A model generated the notes under the pieces. The model saw only the letters and a list, made by a program, of their open reading frames with translations. It did not search any database and had not been told where the DNA came from. DNA of 64,000 nt. Source: Patellaria atrata CBS 101060 (lineage: Eukaryota). Of the stretch, positions 47,000 through 61,097 are shown in pieces; the stretch's first letter is position 1; each line of letters opens with the position of its first letter. The translations under genes and the position numbers were made by a program. The stretch spans positions 1 to 64,000 of the forward strand of contig MU006109.1 of assembly GCA_010093705.1 (NCBI GenBank), given 5' to 3'.

Positions 47000-49693
47000 T
47001 TAACCTCGCTTGATTACCCCCTCTAAATATCCTCGTATCGAGGCCTCATGCTTCAACATAACCGAAGATTTTGTCGTTTGCGACTGTACCCTACCATCTC
47101 TGCTGGACGTCACACTACCTACCCTGGATCTTGCCGAATCTTCTACCAGAGGTTCTACTGGTACACCCTTTTCAGGAAACGAAAGCAAAGGGCTAATGAT
47201 AGTTTGTGATTTCTTCTGGGCCGGGTTAGGGGTGTGAACAGATAGAGGAAGGACACGGCTCGGCTGGTTGAATGGGGATGACCTAGTTCGCTTCGAGACA
47301 ATTGGAGGATATTCCATGGGTCTCGATTCGAAAGGAGGCGACACCACATTGGTCAGTTGCTCGGGGTGTAGAGGGTATATTGGCCTAGGATCTTGAAGAC
47401 CGATATTTGGGAATGCGACATGCAATGGGACAGATCGGGCGTCTAGAGTTGCCCCATGGTGAACCTTTACAGGTTGTACACGGTTTACACCAGAACGAGG
47501 GTCAGACGGGTGGTTTATCCCGTTAAACGCCCCCAACCGTTTGCTTTCTTCTTGAACGGTTTCGAAGTCTGGATTGTTCAATGGGCCCGTAACAGTTGCA
47601 GAGGTAAGGTCTCTCTCCCTCGATGTTTGGTTTGAACCTACAATCGGTAAGATCTGTTCAAAACGCCTTGCAACGTCCTTCGCAGGGTCGGGCGGCCCGA
47701 ACTGTGCCGCCGTTGAAGGTTTGACCAAACCTTGACTAGGATTTGCTGCTAACTCCGCTGGTTCTACGCGCGACGTTGTGCTTGGCTGTGGGACCGGTGG
47801 ATGCGACGATGAGCTAAATAGGCTAAGAAGATGCTCCTGACGAGCATTCATTCGTTTATCTGTCGTTGAAACAGATGTCGTTGCTTTTGTCACTCCATCG
47901 TCACGCGACGCATTTGACGCGCCAAATACATGTGCTACGGGAGGGTGCATTGAAGATTGTAATTGCTTACTGGAAGCTGAAGGCTGGGACAAATTTGCGG
48001 AAAGAGTCAGACTAGGCTGAACTGGTGAGGCTTTGACTGAAGGTACATTAACAGTATTGAAGTTACCGAGCAATTTCAATTGATGTTCGGTGAGCTGTGG
48101 AGATTTGGACGGCGCCGGGGCTGCCGTAATAGAGGCGTTACGGGGTTGAAGTACTGCAGATGTATAACCACCTGTCTTGCGATATTGGTCTAAGGTCTCC
48201 TGCGTGGTTTGTGATACCATGCGACTATGTGACTGGGGATTGGGGATACTGGAATTTAGTCTAAGTGAGGGAACAATCCCGCGTAGTGGTAGGTCTGCAG
48301 TAGATGTATTGATGTATCCGGAATGCATAAGTGATATAGAACTCTTGGGCTCAAGTGCGGGTGGCGGTATACTTGACTGCGGTTGCTGTCTCAAATATTT
48401 TAGATGTGATGCTCCAAGTTGGACGGTGGTTGAATCTATTGGGGCGGGAAGGTTTCGGGGAATTTGTTCACCGGTTGGTGTAGTTTCAATACCCAAGCTG
48501 CGTTTTAGTCCCGCCTCCATCTCCAGATTCCCATTCAATGGTTCTGGAAGATGGGCTGGGATTTGTGTTTTTCTCATCTTCGCAATCAAATCATCGAGAT
48601 GCCCACTAGAGAGACCAGTGACCCGCGGAACATCAAGGCTCGGCTCGAGGGCAGGGACAGTTTCTGATGCAAGAGCAGCATCATCAGTAAGGTCCTCATT
48701 TTCGTGAGCCGCCACAGGAATGACAAGAGAAGCGCGGTGAGCATTCAGGCGATCCTGCTTCCGTTGTTGCTTGATCCACTGTCTCAAAGGAGCTAGGAAA
48801 GGAGCGACCATATAGAACATAGTAGCTTTCAAAGAGTCATCTACGTACCCTTGTTGCTGTTGTTTTTCCTTTTTCCAAGTTGGAAGATCGGACAGTTTGT
48901 ACCATTGAATTTTCTGTTTCTTATTAGCAACGTCATAGTTCAAATTCGTCCGTACTTACACTGATCTCCTTCCTTGTCCTTGGTTCAAAGTAGGTATCCA
49001 TATCGACGCCCCGGATAGGATACAGCCTCATGTTTTGCTGACGTAAAGTAACTTGGATAAACTTCATTTCATCGTCATTCTTTACTAGGCCCGCCTCCCT
49101 GATATTGAACCCTGTCTCTTCATAGACTTCTCTTATGGCGCAATCCAAGTCTGCTTCATCCTTGTTGATCTTTCCACGTGGGAAGCTCCATCTCGAACCC
49201 TTCTTCCAGCCTTTCACGAGAACAACTTCATCCATATCATCGTTAAGCATGATTGCGCCTCGAACGGGAACTTTAGTCTTATAATCCAGAAACTCGGCGA
49301 ATGCGCGGTCTCGTTGGTGAGAAAATCCCGAGGTGAGAGGACAATGATCAAAGATTTTAGAGTAGAATTCTTTAAGGTTCATGGAGGGAAGTGAGGGATC
49401 GAGGGGACGGATGAAATCTTCGTAAAACCATTGCGCTTCCTCGATTTGGAAACATATTCGTTCGACTGATTGAAGCTCTTCTTTGGGTAGATTTAGGATG
49501 AACCGTACGCATAGATCATCTAACCCTATAGATAGATGCGTGTTAGAGCTTACTCGAGTGGAAGATATGAGCAAAGTAGGGTCCTGATAGTACTTTGCAG
49601 ACAGTTACAAAAGGTGGAAGTTGGTAGGATAGTCAAATTCGGTGAACATAAAGCATACTTACAATCAACTAGCTGCATCTTCTGTTTTGTCAT
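47000..49693 (-). CDS. DCP2: mRNA decapping enzyme Dcp2, 3 exons
   Basis: MTKQKMQLVD/WLDDLCVRFILNLP (BoxA), Nudix box FPRGKINKDEADLDCAIREVYEETG, RTRKEIS/KIQWY, long disordered C-terminus. Confidence 0.93.
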
Positions 49694-50631
49694 GCTGGTC
49701 AGTGTCTTTCTTCATAATAACGCCTGGCTAGCTGAGTGAGAAGCTAATGGGGTGACCGGGCTTGCACTGTACTAGACTTTGCGCGCCAACCGGTGGACCG
49801 TGAAGAAGAGAGATGGCCACGTTTGACCTTGCAGTATTAAGAGAATTTGTAACAATCGTTCAAGTTGAATAAGTGAGTTTCTTAGCCATAAGGTATAGGA
49901 GAGTTGAATATTGGATGGGATCACCTATGAGGTGGAAACGCAGCGGGTGAGAGTTACCGTATCTTAGACGTTGGGGTCAAGCCACGGAAGCCTTTACCTC
50001 GATCTAGCCTAAAGTAGTTAAATTGTGGCGTTCCAAAAAATGTGGCTATGTAGATAATCAGACCCTTACCTTACCTTACCATTCTACGTGCTTACCTTTC
50101 CAGGTTAGGTTTGACTCCTTTCAGGTTTTGCTCCCACCTCAAGATTCCTAAACCATCTATGGCTAGCCCCTCCGGAACAAGCGAAGCCTGATCAAACTTA
50201 GACTGTAACTTTACAGCTCATCCTGCACTTCGGCGTCACTCCAAGTTCCGTCTTGTGACAACTGACCACAAGCAAGAATAAAGTCATTCTGAGATGAAAG
50301 GGTCAAAGACGAATATAAAAACACCTTCTACCAGAAACCTTTTAACACTTTGAATTGATTTAATCCTTTCGCTTACACCTCGTTTCATCCTCCTCATCTC
50401 TGTACACCCTTCTCTCCCGTCATTGGACCTTTGACGCGCGCGAAACGCCTTCTCTTGACCTTATCAGTCAGAACATCTCCACGCACATCATCTGTTCGCC
50501 CTTTCAACAATATTTATACTCGCCACAGACTCTCTTTATTCCTTTGCTTTCCCTTATACTCCCTTTCTCTTTAACCAATTCCGCGAAGATCCCCCTTCCA
50601 AACAACACCTAAAAGACTCATCAAAGACGCA

Positions 50632-51435
50632 ATGGCGCAATTCGTGGCGCAGTATGTCGCCAAAAAATATCTGCACGACTATGCTAAGAAGTTCAAGGGC
50701 AAGAAAGTCACAGCATATGTATGTCATCTCTCTATAATCATCCCTAAATGACCTAACAGTTCTCAGGATCCCCTCTTCGTCGAGGTTGTAGATGAACAAG
50801 GCAGGACCAAAAAAGTGATTAGAGAGCTTCCACCCTATGTCCCTCAAGGAGATTCCCTAATTCTGTCCAAAATGCGCACTCGCGCTTACAACCTCGACTG
50901 CTCCCTGTTCAATCTCTTTGGCGTGAGGTTCGGATGGTCATCCGTACTGGGCATAATTCCCGCCGCTGGCGACGCTATCGACGCGGCTATGGCTCTATTG
51001 CTTGTTTGGCGCTGCAGTAAAGTCGAATGCGGGCTCGGTTCAGTGGCGCTCGTTTCCATGCTTCTCAACGTCCTGCTAGACTTCGTCGTCGGCCTGATAC
51101 CACTGGTTGGCGATCTTGCTGACGCCGGGTTCAAAGCTAACTCGCGTAATGTGCGAGTCCTTGAGAAGCGGCTAGACGAAGTTTATAAACCTAAAGGATG
51201 GCAAAAGAGCTCAACAGCAGGAAACACTTCCTCACAGGCACCCATAACCCCACATACCAAGGAGCGGCCAGATGGAAACGTAAGCCCACGGGGAGACAAC
51301 CTAAGTCCGCCGCCGGATGCGCATCTACCCGAAGCTCGCCATAGCGATCCTTCCCCGAAGACAAAACCCCCACGGTCTCATAGCTTCTTTGGCAAACGCA
51401 AGAAGGAAAGAGATGAAGAGCGGGGAAAGGCCTAG
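50632..51435 (+). CDS. DUF4112 family membrane protein, 2 exons
   Basis: RAYNLD..FGVRFGWSSVLGIIPAAGD..MLLNVLLDFVVGLIPLVGDLADAGFKANSRN. Upstream exon from ATG 50632. Confidence 0.85.
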
Positions 51436-51798
51436 AAATGAACTATTACCTGTGATTTCCGACATCAAGGTTGAATATGGGAAGGAAGGGGAGCTGTTTG
51501 GGCATGTTATGTTCTATTTGCGACGGCTTTTGTGCGTTCTGAAACGATTATCTATCAGCGGGCGTTGGCAGTTCTTTCAATTCCCCAGGGTACGACTGAT
51601 CGTTGTTCAAGTTGGTGTTGTTTATGATAAGTACTACGAGAACCCATTCTCATAAACACGGCCATAATCTGCGGCCTCTTTCCGTGGTAAAGCGCCATTT
51701 TATGATGCTCAGAACTTTACCGTCAAGTGCATGTTGCCATGTTCTTTATACGATTCAGTGGTCTCTTGCAAGTACAATGAAGCATTCGACGCACATTC

Positions 51799-54700
51799 TC
51801 AATATCCCCCGTAATATAAGTATAACTTATCGGAATGGCAGTATAGCACCTGCCATGCATGATCCATTATGAGATTCTGGTATTCTTTTATGACATTTGG
51901 CCTAATAACGTACTCGAGCAGCTCAGTTCCCATCTCAATGTCTCTGCTAGACTGATACGCAATAGGAAGAGCGTACTGAGAGAGCAACAACCTCTGGTCG
52001 GTTTCGGGTAAGGTAGTCTTTCGGAGCTTAACAACATGTTCGAATAAATCTACTGCTCTATTCGTGTTCCCCATTTTGCTGTAGCAGAGTGCTAGGCTGC
52101 GCTCGCAGCTCAGACGAGTGGTACTGGTTTCCGGTGGCGTCTACTCTCGAATATCATCAAGGTTTTCCAATTGTTTTACAGCCCCTTGACTGTTGCCGCA
52201 CCCCATATAACACATTGCGAGATCGTGTTTTACCACTAGTAGAATTTCATTCGTGTCAGATAATCTATCGGCTTCTACTTCGACCAACCCCTCGAGTAAA
52301 TTGGCGGCCCTAGGCAGCATCCCCTTGATCTTTACAACAAAGTGTAAGATTATGCTGCGCTGTTAATCGAATGGAAGACGGTTTGGGGAGTAATGTCTCT
52401 GTTTCTTAACTAAATCCTCTAGGAGCCGTATTGCTTGAGCCAACTTGCCAGCCCGTATACAAGCATCCGGATGCTGTCGTATGGCTGTCCATTGAAATCT
52501 GTTAGTCTCGGGTAGGTTATTTGCTTCGGTCTCAATAATACTGTTGAGAAGTGATAACGCAAGGTCAACCTCTCCATTTACTATATAGGTAGCAGCGAGC
52601 ATATTCTGCGCCGTCCGTAGATCATAACTCGCATCTTCTGTCTGTGCTGACTTTGACGTATTTCTACGATCTTCTCGCGTAAAGTTACTCGCTCTTGGTG
52701 GTCTTTAGAAAGAAAGTTGCCGCAGCGAGTAGGTATAGTTCAACGGTCTTCTTCGAAGGCATCAATATGCAGAGTTCGCACAGAATGAATTTATATGGCT
52801 ATTGAGTCTGAGAGAATCTCCCCCTTATTTATCAGAATGATACCATAACGAATAAGGAGCGAGATTGATAATCTTCTTTTCTTGTGATACAAGGGGGAGA
52901 GAGTCCAAAAATCCGCAGGGAGGAAATTCTCAAGGTGAGGCAGGAGTTCCTCTTGATATTCTGCTGTACTGCTTGATCTCAGTTGGGCAAAAATAATGAT
53001 ATATCCCGCACTCAGCCATGCCTTTTGTGTCCAGTATGCTCTGTGGCGTTCTTTTATTATTGCGTGGAGAAGAGGATGCATTGATAATCTCATATTGCTA
53101 TCTTGTCCATCTTTCTCAATCATAGATAATGACACAAGTCGGGCGATAGCATCCATTAACATTTTATTCGAGCAACCTGGTACCAGATTCCTTATGAAAC
53201 TGGGCACGCAGTATGTTTGGGATCTGTGAAATGTCCCCCCTAGATCATTCAATCTTTTCGGATATTCTGCTACTTTCGTAGCACCAGCGGCCGCAACTTG
53301 AAACAGTTGGAAAGGGACAGGACTTAAGTGTAGCGCTGATAATATTTTGAGAAAGTGTCAGGTATACATCAGAGCAGAAAAAGGAAATTGCCATCTTGCA
53401 GTGAATAAGCCGCCTTCCAAGATAATCATTAATGCATCTAGCATTGCAACAACGTTGCCATATCTTGATTTGGCCTTTGTCGCGTCGTATCTAAGAAAAG
53501 TCAAAGAATCTTCTCGAAATATCTTCGGGAATTGTTCTAGCGTGTACAGACCTTTTGAAATCAACTCGCCTGTTTGAACCAGGCCAACTGGGTGATGCCC
53601 TAGAATTTTAGCCACTTCAGCAGCTCTTCTCGTATAAGTTGACCAGAAGTGCTCAGGAACTTCGCTTGTTCTCATCAAAGTTAGATAGATTCCTCACAAT
53701 CCAGACCACGAAGAGCTTCATCACCGACTATATTATACTGTTCGGAGTTCGTAAGACGAGACGTCATCAATACCGAACCGTACGTCCCAGTCGGAATGTA
53801 GATCTGGTAGTCAAAATCTAGATCATCTGCATTATCCAGGATAAGGAGCAGGTATTCTCTGACTACTGAAAGGGTGCACATAACGTCCTCGATACATTGA
53901 GCTCCAGACCCGAGCGCCGTTGATATAGAGAGCAGTTGAGCCACTTGAAACTGAAGAGCTGCTGAGATCTACCCAAAAGTTACCCCAATATCTAGTTCAC
54001 AGGTTAGCAAAGTGTGTGAAGTAAAAAACGCAGCTTTTACGCACTCTTCTTGTACCATATTTGCAAATTCCAGGCAGAGTTCACTTTTTCCTATTCCACC
54101 AATTCCTTTAATTACAAATCTTTTCTGGCTTGGGTGACAAGGTTCGCATCCCTCATTCAAAGCATGTTTATCCGATCAAGAAGTACGCAACGTCCGGTGA
54201 ACAGGTTGTTGAGCCGGTGAGGGACAGTCCAGTGCATGGTTCTTGGTTGGACGGTGGATGTGTTTCCTGGAGTTTCCAGTGGCGACAAAATATGTAATCG
54301 CTCCATGTCCATTGGTAAATGTTACGCTCCATTCACTATAGCTGTAGTTATCTGCCGATAACGATCGCCCACAACGGAAGGCCCTTCCCTCACCATTCTT
54401 TGAATCTCGGGCAGTAGTAGTTTGAAGTTCTCGTCATTAACCCCACTGAATTTATTGAGCCCGGAGTGATCTGTGCTCATGAATATCGCCCGTTTCCCAA
54501 GCACGGAGGCTGATTATTTCGTAACAATCTATTCCCAATGGTCTTAGTTTGACGGATGAGTGGAATAGAAACATATAATTACACCATTTCTTCTGTTTCA
54601 GCGGGCCATACGAGGCTTCCTTACTTTCGTAAAAGCACACTACATCCCAATTCTCATAGTTGTACCAGAAATTCGTCGATAACTGGAAGAGGTCTTCGCT

Positions 54701-55479
54701 CTTTGTTTTCAAGGATTGCAATATTGTCGAATCGAGGCGCAGAATATTTGCAAGCCATATGCGATACACTGCAGCGTCGCTGCATTGGAATGGAGTTCCG
54801 AGAAATATTATAACCGCGAGAGAGTTTCGCAGGTCGGTAAACTTTACCCGATAATAGACTATGACAAGAGCCTTTGCAATGTTAGCCTTGGAACATATGA
54901 ATAAGGAGCAAGGGAAGATGAACTTGTTGGATAACAATCCCATCAGGACTATGCCCGATTAATACCAATGCCCTTTGACGTTCCTGTAACCAGTATTGGT
55001 TAATAGAGTTCGTTTGGTAGGTGAGTATATACGAACACATACTTTTTACTGTTGCATGTGCTAGAGTGGAACGTTCAGAAACTGTTCACCACATTCGTAC
55101 AAGTTCGTCTTAATGGTACGATCTTTTCAATCCGAGGGATAGCTATACGTAGTAACACGGGCAGAGGGGAATAAAGGTACCAACAAATCCCTTGGCCACA
55201 TCACTTCCTTTATAGTATTTATCTTTTCAGGCTCATCATTGTTCCAAAACGTAACATTCCCGTTACATTGTCCGACGGGGAACCATCCTCAACCGAACAT
55301 TTTCGGACCTAGGTGTAGTAAGGATGAGATCTTAGTCCCTGTACTGCAACGATACTATATAATGTTAGAGCACTGTAGAACTTCCTCTGAATAAACAGCC
55401 TAACTTACTCAACGTCCGCATTTATATTAGTCGCGGAAGACCATATATTGAGACCGTTGCTCAGAACGGTAGTTACCAT
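51799..55479 (-). pseudogene. Decayed NLR-like gene: alpha/beta-hydrolase (SesB-like) + NB-ARC + TPR
   Basis: Fragments in shifting frames: IVAVQGL..HPYYT*, MWPRDLL, LIGHS, IIFLGTPF, TDHSGLNKF. P-loop GIGGIGKSE, Walker B LLILDNADD, VLMTSR, MHPLLH, then TPR-like helices. Many stops and frameshifts. Confidence 0.85.
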
Positions 55480-56851
55480 GTTGCTTTAATGCTCCCTCTA
55501 CAGCGAGGATGCGTCCAAACGGGTGGAATGATAAACGAGTTATATTGATTATATAGGTGCGGTTCCAGATACACTTGATCATACAATCCCTTTAATTGCA
55601 GGGCGGAGAATACAATTCAAACAATAAATTTAGGATCGAAATAAGAGGATCAGGCGAGGGAATTTTGCTGAGAATCTGGGAAAGCTGAAGTGAAGAACGA
55701 AAAAAAAAGCAACCCTTATCCGAAGGGTAAGGCTGAAATAACAGCACATCTTTCCCGTGCAACGGTTTCATGGTGGTGACGTTGGAACAGCGCTTTACCT
55801 CGAAGCAACCCTTTGGTCTTTCGACATAGCCATCATGTCCTCATCCCAAACAATAGGAATGGGTTTTGAAAACACCGTGGGTTGTAGGACACCAAACAGA
55901 GCGTCTAATGACACAAGACTGATTGAAGACTGTCAGCCATGATTCTTTTCGTCAAGTCTCTATTTGTTAAGTCCATAGGAAATTCAGAATTGGCTACACT
56001 GAAAAGACTCGCAGACTTCCAGCGTCAGTGCTCGATAGTGTAAGTGGCTTGTACGGAGTACAGCCTTTTCAGCTTTCCTTCATGTCCACTCAGACTCAGA
56101 GTACACTTTGGCTTCGCGTCTAAAGGCACCTCACACAAAACTGAGAATAGCGCCCAACGGGGCTCTGGATCGTTTGTGGAATGGCAGCGCTAAAGCACCT
56201 CTGCGTACAAACAAGTATATTTTTGTAAAGGCCCTGCGTCTGTTGTGGGTTGAACCCCTTTCTCATAGGAGTGAGATGCTTCAAAAAATTTAGATATGTT
56301 GAGCGGAAACACGGATGTGAAAGACTCATTCTATAGGAAAAGTATTGAAGAATTTAAGAGGAAAGAAATAGAACCGATGAAGAACTGAGGAAGACTCTTA
56401 CCAGGTATAATACCACGAGTAGAAGTCTCGAAAATCGTACGCACGTGATGCGAAAGAAATCTGAAATGCACTAGTTCTAATCCGAAAAAGGTACCTTAAA
56501 GCCGAAAGGGGTTTTTGCGCCTTAGTCAGCGACCAAGGACGAAGCGACGGGAAGATCTCGGCTTGAATAACTTAACTTAAGCTCCAAATTTTTGAGCTAC
56601 AACCTCGCTTGAAATATCATGAATCTTAATAACGACCTCAAGTCTAACATCTTGAAACACTCAAGCTGAGTTTCTAGTTATACCAAGGGTAGGTGCACAA
56701 TCGCTACACAATTGACTCTCAAATGCTCCCTGAGGCTAACTTGATTGCACAGATTACTTGCGCAACGTAATATTTTACGCTTCGCAAGGTGCACGTCAGT
56801 CACTTTACCTGAACTTCGCGTACGCACATTCTACTTGCATCGCCTGATAGG

Positions 56852-57743
56852 ATGGCAAAAGAACGGTCGGACAAATCGGAGCGCAAAGAGCGCAAGAAGG
56901 AAAAATCCGCTAAGGTAGATGGCGTTCTGAAGAGCTCCAGGAAAGAAGATAAGGTCAAGGAAGGAAGAGTGGAAAAGGAAGCTAAGAAGGACAAGAAATC
57001 GCACAAGAAAGACGCCAAATCAACGCGTCAGCTCAAGGCTGAGGAGGAAGCTCTGAAAGCAGTTGAGCTTGAGGAAGAAGAGCCGGAGGGTCATATAAAC
57101 GGAGAAGCCGAGGATGATATCTCAGACGCTGAAGCTGGTGCTCGCAACGGCGACATGGAGCATCCTGAAGATGACGATGTATCAGTCGCATCAGACTTTG
57201 AATATGCGCCGGGAAGAAATGTCTTCTTTGCGCATCCTCTGGCGGACAAGGAAATGAGCAGTATGATATACCAGGTTGTCCAGTCCGGTAAGTTATGCTG
57301 TCCTCGAATATTTGAGTGCTGCTTTTCTCTCTCTGCATTTTGCTTACTTTCTATCTTCTCCCCTAGCTTGCAAACAAAAGACGCTCCGCCGCGGTGTCAA
57401 GGAGGTCGAGAAAGCGCTAAAAAGGTTACCGCGCTTTGAGGGACCACCTGGTTCTTTTACTGGAATTTCCGATCATATCTGCATCTTAGCAGGGGACGTT
57501 TCTCCTGCAGACGTCATATCCTATCTTCCTGTCGTGTGTGAGGACCACGAAGTCCCTTACATTTACGTACCAAACCGTCGTAAGCTCGGATCCGCTGGGG
57601 CAACAAAGCGGCCTACCAGTGTCGTGTTAATTGGAAGGAACCGGATTTCGGGCCAAGACACATCGGTCAGCGCGGAATATGAGAAAGCTTACGTCGAGCT
57701 TCACGCAGCCGTCAAGCTAGAAAGGTCATACTACAGTATATGA
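56852..57743 (+). CDS. NHP2: H/ACA snoRNP subunit Nhp2 (L7Ae family), 2 exons (56852-57287, 57367-57743)
   Basis: Lys/Glu-rich N-terminus, FAHPLA, LRRGVKEVEKAL..ILAGDVSPADVISYLPVVCEDHEVPY..LGSAGATKRPTS. Confidence 0.92.
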
Positions 57744-59092
57744 GTCCGTTTCCAGAACATTTGTTAGATGTCCTTGGTGATTAGAACTGCACATCTTGTA
57801 TGATCACTGCACCGGTTGGTTCTTAGCATTGGATAGGGGCGTTCGGCGTATGAGGGATGTCATCATTCGCATGGTATCCACCGTGCTTGTCGATTTGGTC
57901 TTAGCTGTAGGGTTGGTTCGGTTGATGAATTTTACGTTCGATTTTCTCACTCTAGTAAGTTACGCTGTTTGCGGTGAAGCAAGCCTATCGGTTCTTGGAA
58001 TATCTCCAGGAGATGTTCCTAGTTGTTCCTAGTTCCAAATTTACATGGTTTAATTAACATGGCTCAATTATTGCAGAATGGCGCCAGAATGATCACCATA
58101 CTATTTACACTCACAACTTTACAGTTTGTCTATTTTAAAACCGAAGAATACGATCATTTGGAGAAAGTTTGACAAAGGAGATTAATGAGAGATCCGCGGA
58201 CAGCTTACTCGAACGCCACTCCATCATGGCGTTCTTTGACCTCCGGCGCAATAGTCTCACCCAACGGCGAATCCAATCTAGATTGAGATGACACGTATTT
58301 AAAGCTTATTACCTTAGTATTCTAAACCTTTAGGGTTGGATCTTACACCATATATTTCCTTCAAAGCGCATAAATCTCTGAGCAGTAACACCAAATCGAG
58401 CCTAAGTTACCCCGTACATAAAATCTCATACATGCGTATATCCAGCTGGCTAATCGTTTCCAAAATCCAAAACATGAGTGTCATCAAAGGATAGGTGTCT
58501 TATGGGTGAGTGGTGAAGCGAAATACGTAATCAATCTGGAGAAATTGCTTACCGCACAGCGTTAGTAGGAATAAGATATAGGGGATGGGGAAGTGGGCAT
58601 GGACGTGGACGGCAGTTTCAATGTGAAAGAGAGGTATAACTGGTCACGGCTTCTGTTGGAGCAGCATCGGTATAGTGGAAAATGAGCGGATGAGGATAAA
58701 TTTGGTGAGGATATGGAATACACTGAAATATCAAATGAGGAAGACCGCCGATCGAGGAAATAACTGAAGGGCTATATGTCAAACGACGAAGGAGGAAAGA
58801 AAGATATAAAGGTGGAGGTTCGAGCACGGAGATAATGAAATACATGAAGACCCCTTATGGGGACCACGTTATTAAATCAATCATTCTACTGGTAGAAACC
58901 TTAACCCAGGTGAAACTAAATGATGGATTGAACCCTACTCCCACATTAGCCGATGCGACCGCTAATAAATCTAACCAAACTCCTAGCTATGCAGAAATAC
59001 AGTAACATCCAAACCTCCCCAATCATTTAAGAAAGAAATTCGGCCCAAGTTCGAGTTACAAACAAACTGTTGTACAAGGAGAGATTGAGTTG

Positions 59093-60126
59093 CTAAATTG
59101 GGGAATTCTCCCTCAGATCCGCCACAAGGTCATCAACATTGCTCATGTATCGGCCTAGTAGCCTTTGCTTGTCCTCTGTGGTAAGAGTCTCATCTTCATC
59201 CCCTCCACCTCCTCCAAACTCTGGACCATTTATACTCCTGCGCTCAAAAGCTCCGAGGAGTTTACTAGGACTCCGTTGAAGAATTGCGGTAGATGGTGCA
59301 CTAGCTGAAGCGATACTTGGCGTTTCCGGCATGAGATAGAAGTATAGGAACTCCATCACCTTCAACTTAACACTCTGAGAAGTGCTGCGAGACTTGAAAA
59401 GTGATGTTACGGTGAGCAAACCGTCGATGGATTCGAAAGTTCGTATATTTCGAGGTGTGGAGAGAAGGGCACTGACTAAAACGAGGAGGGTGTGCGACTG
59501 GATGGCGGGACAGTTGAGTTCATCGAGGAGATCGAGTAACAGCTGTTAGAGATTAGTGACAACGGGCGACTGATCTCATATCTATTTTCCACTCACGTTC
59601 ATATGGATTTCTCGGCTGAAGAGAACTCTTGAGGGTGGATGTAGGAGAAGGATTCCTTGAAGCAGATCCAGCGTTGAGAGTATCATTAAGTCATTTTGAC
59701 CGCCTGACAATAGATGGATCAGACATGAAAGCTTCAAAAGTTCTGCACTCAAACGTACTGCTACTACCCATACCCATCAAGCGCTCCAAACAGGCAATCA
59801 ATCGAGTCGCCACTAGACGAGGTGTTGCATTAGCTCCAATGCGCAATCAACACCCTTGAAATATACCAACCGTTCCATTCAAATCCATCCTGTACTCTGA
59901 AGAATTCGCGGAAGGCTGGATCATCAGCTAGGGCGGCTAGATTCTTGGGCGATGATGTGTCGGTGGTGGAAACAGCTGATGCTCTCCGCTTACTGGGAGA
60001 TGACGATGTGGACTTGGATAAACAGATCTGCGCAAGTAGGCCCTCAATCTGTCTGAGTCCCTTTCTGATTTTGGAGAAGTCTTTTGAAGAGATGCTGTCG
60101 AAGGAAAGTGACAGTAATGCCTCCAT
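59093..60126 (-). CDS. cdc14: Septation initiation network subunit Cdc14 (S. pombe type, not the phosphatase), multi-exon
   Basis: MEALLSLSFD..KIRKGLRQIEGLLAQICL, DPAFREFFRVQDGFEWN, VKLKVMEFLYFYLMPE, KQRLLGRYMSNVDDLVADL. Confidence 0.85.
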
Positions 60127-61097
60127 TGCTGGAGATTGACGACGGTACCGGTGAAGTCAACAAGGTGGAGGAAAACAGTGGTTGTAGGAGGTCGTTGGAG
60201 TGCGGAGAAGGCAGACAAAATTCATGCAGCTAAAGTAGATAGCGCATCTGGGACGAGTTGAAGAATTGAGAATTCAATGTGAAATCTCCGGCGCGAATTT
60301 TGAATCTCTGATTATCGTGGGTTTTCGCATGTGGTGATGGTGAAATTTCCCGCTTGTGAGGTTGGCGGAGCAACAATCGACAAACCCTTCGAGAAAGATA
60401 GCAAACGAAGCAAACATGTGACAGGGGTTAGGGTTGATACAAGTACTGTAAAATTGATCTTACCCATATACGGCAATCAGCTCTATTTCGGGAATCGCGC
60501 TTCTGTTCTAGGCCGAAAGTGGGAAAGTGGTAAAGTGACAAGGGACTAGGACCCCTGCGATTTTGACACCCGCATCTCAGCCCTGCTGTTCCATCACCTC
60601 GATCGAGTAATTTGTATGCTCGAGCTATCAAACACTACGTTATTGTTCTTGATTTTCAAAACCTTGATACATATGGATACGATGTACTTCCACATCTATT
60701 TGACTGCTGTTGTCTCCTTTTTTGCTGCATCAGTAAACCTCCTGTGAACTTGTTATAGGCATACGACGCCGTTGCATGTGAAAAAAAAGGGAACCTAGAG
60801 AAATATCGTCATACGTTTTTAGACTGGGGCTCTCATCTGATCTACACCTGACCAGAACCTTTTTTGTCTTCAACTTGTAGCCTAATCTCATCATTCTCTT
60901 CTATACCATCTCCCACTCGGCCACTTTCCTTAAAGCTAAAACCGCAACCCTCATATTACCCGGGTGCTGAAACTTTGCCGTTCCGACTCTACATACATCT
61001 CACCGCGCCCGCAACAGAAGTCCTTTCCTTCGCGGAAACCGGCAAAGAGCTATTTTTCTAGAGCTTGATTTCAGATGGTATATTGATAAAGTTCGAG

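Noticed and set aside
60424..60435. Telomere-like GGGTTAGGGTT
   Set aside because: Under two units, internal, and expected by chance.
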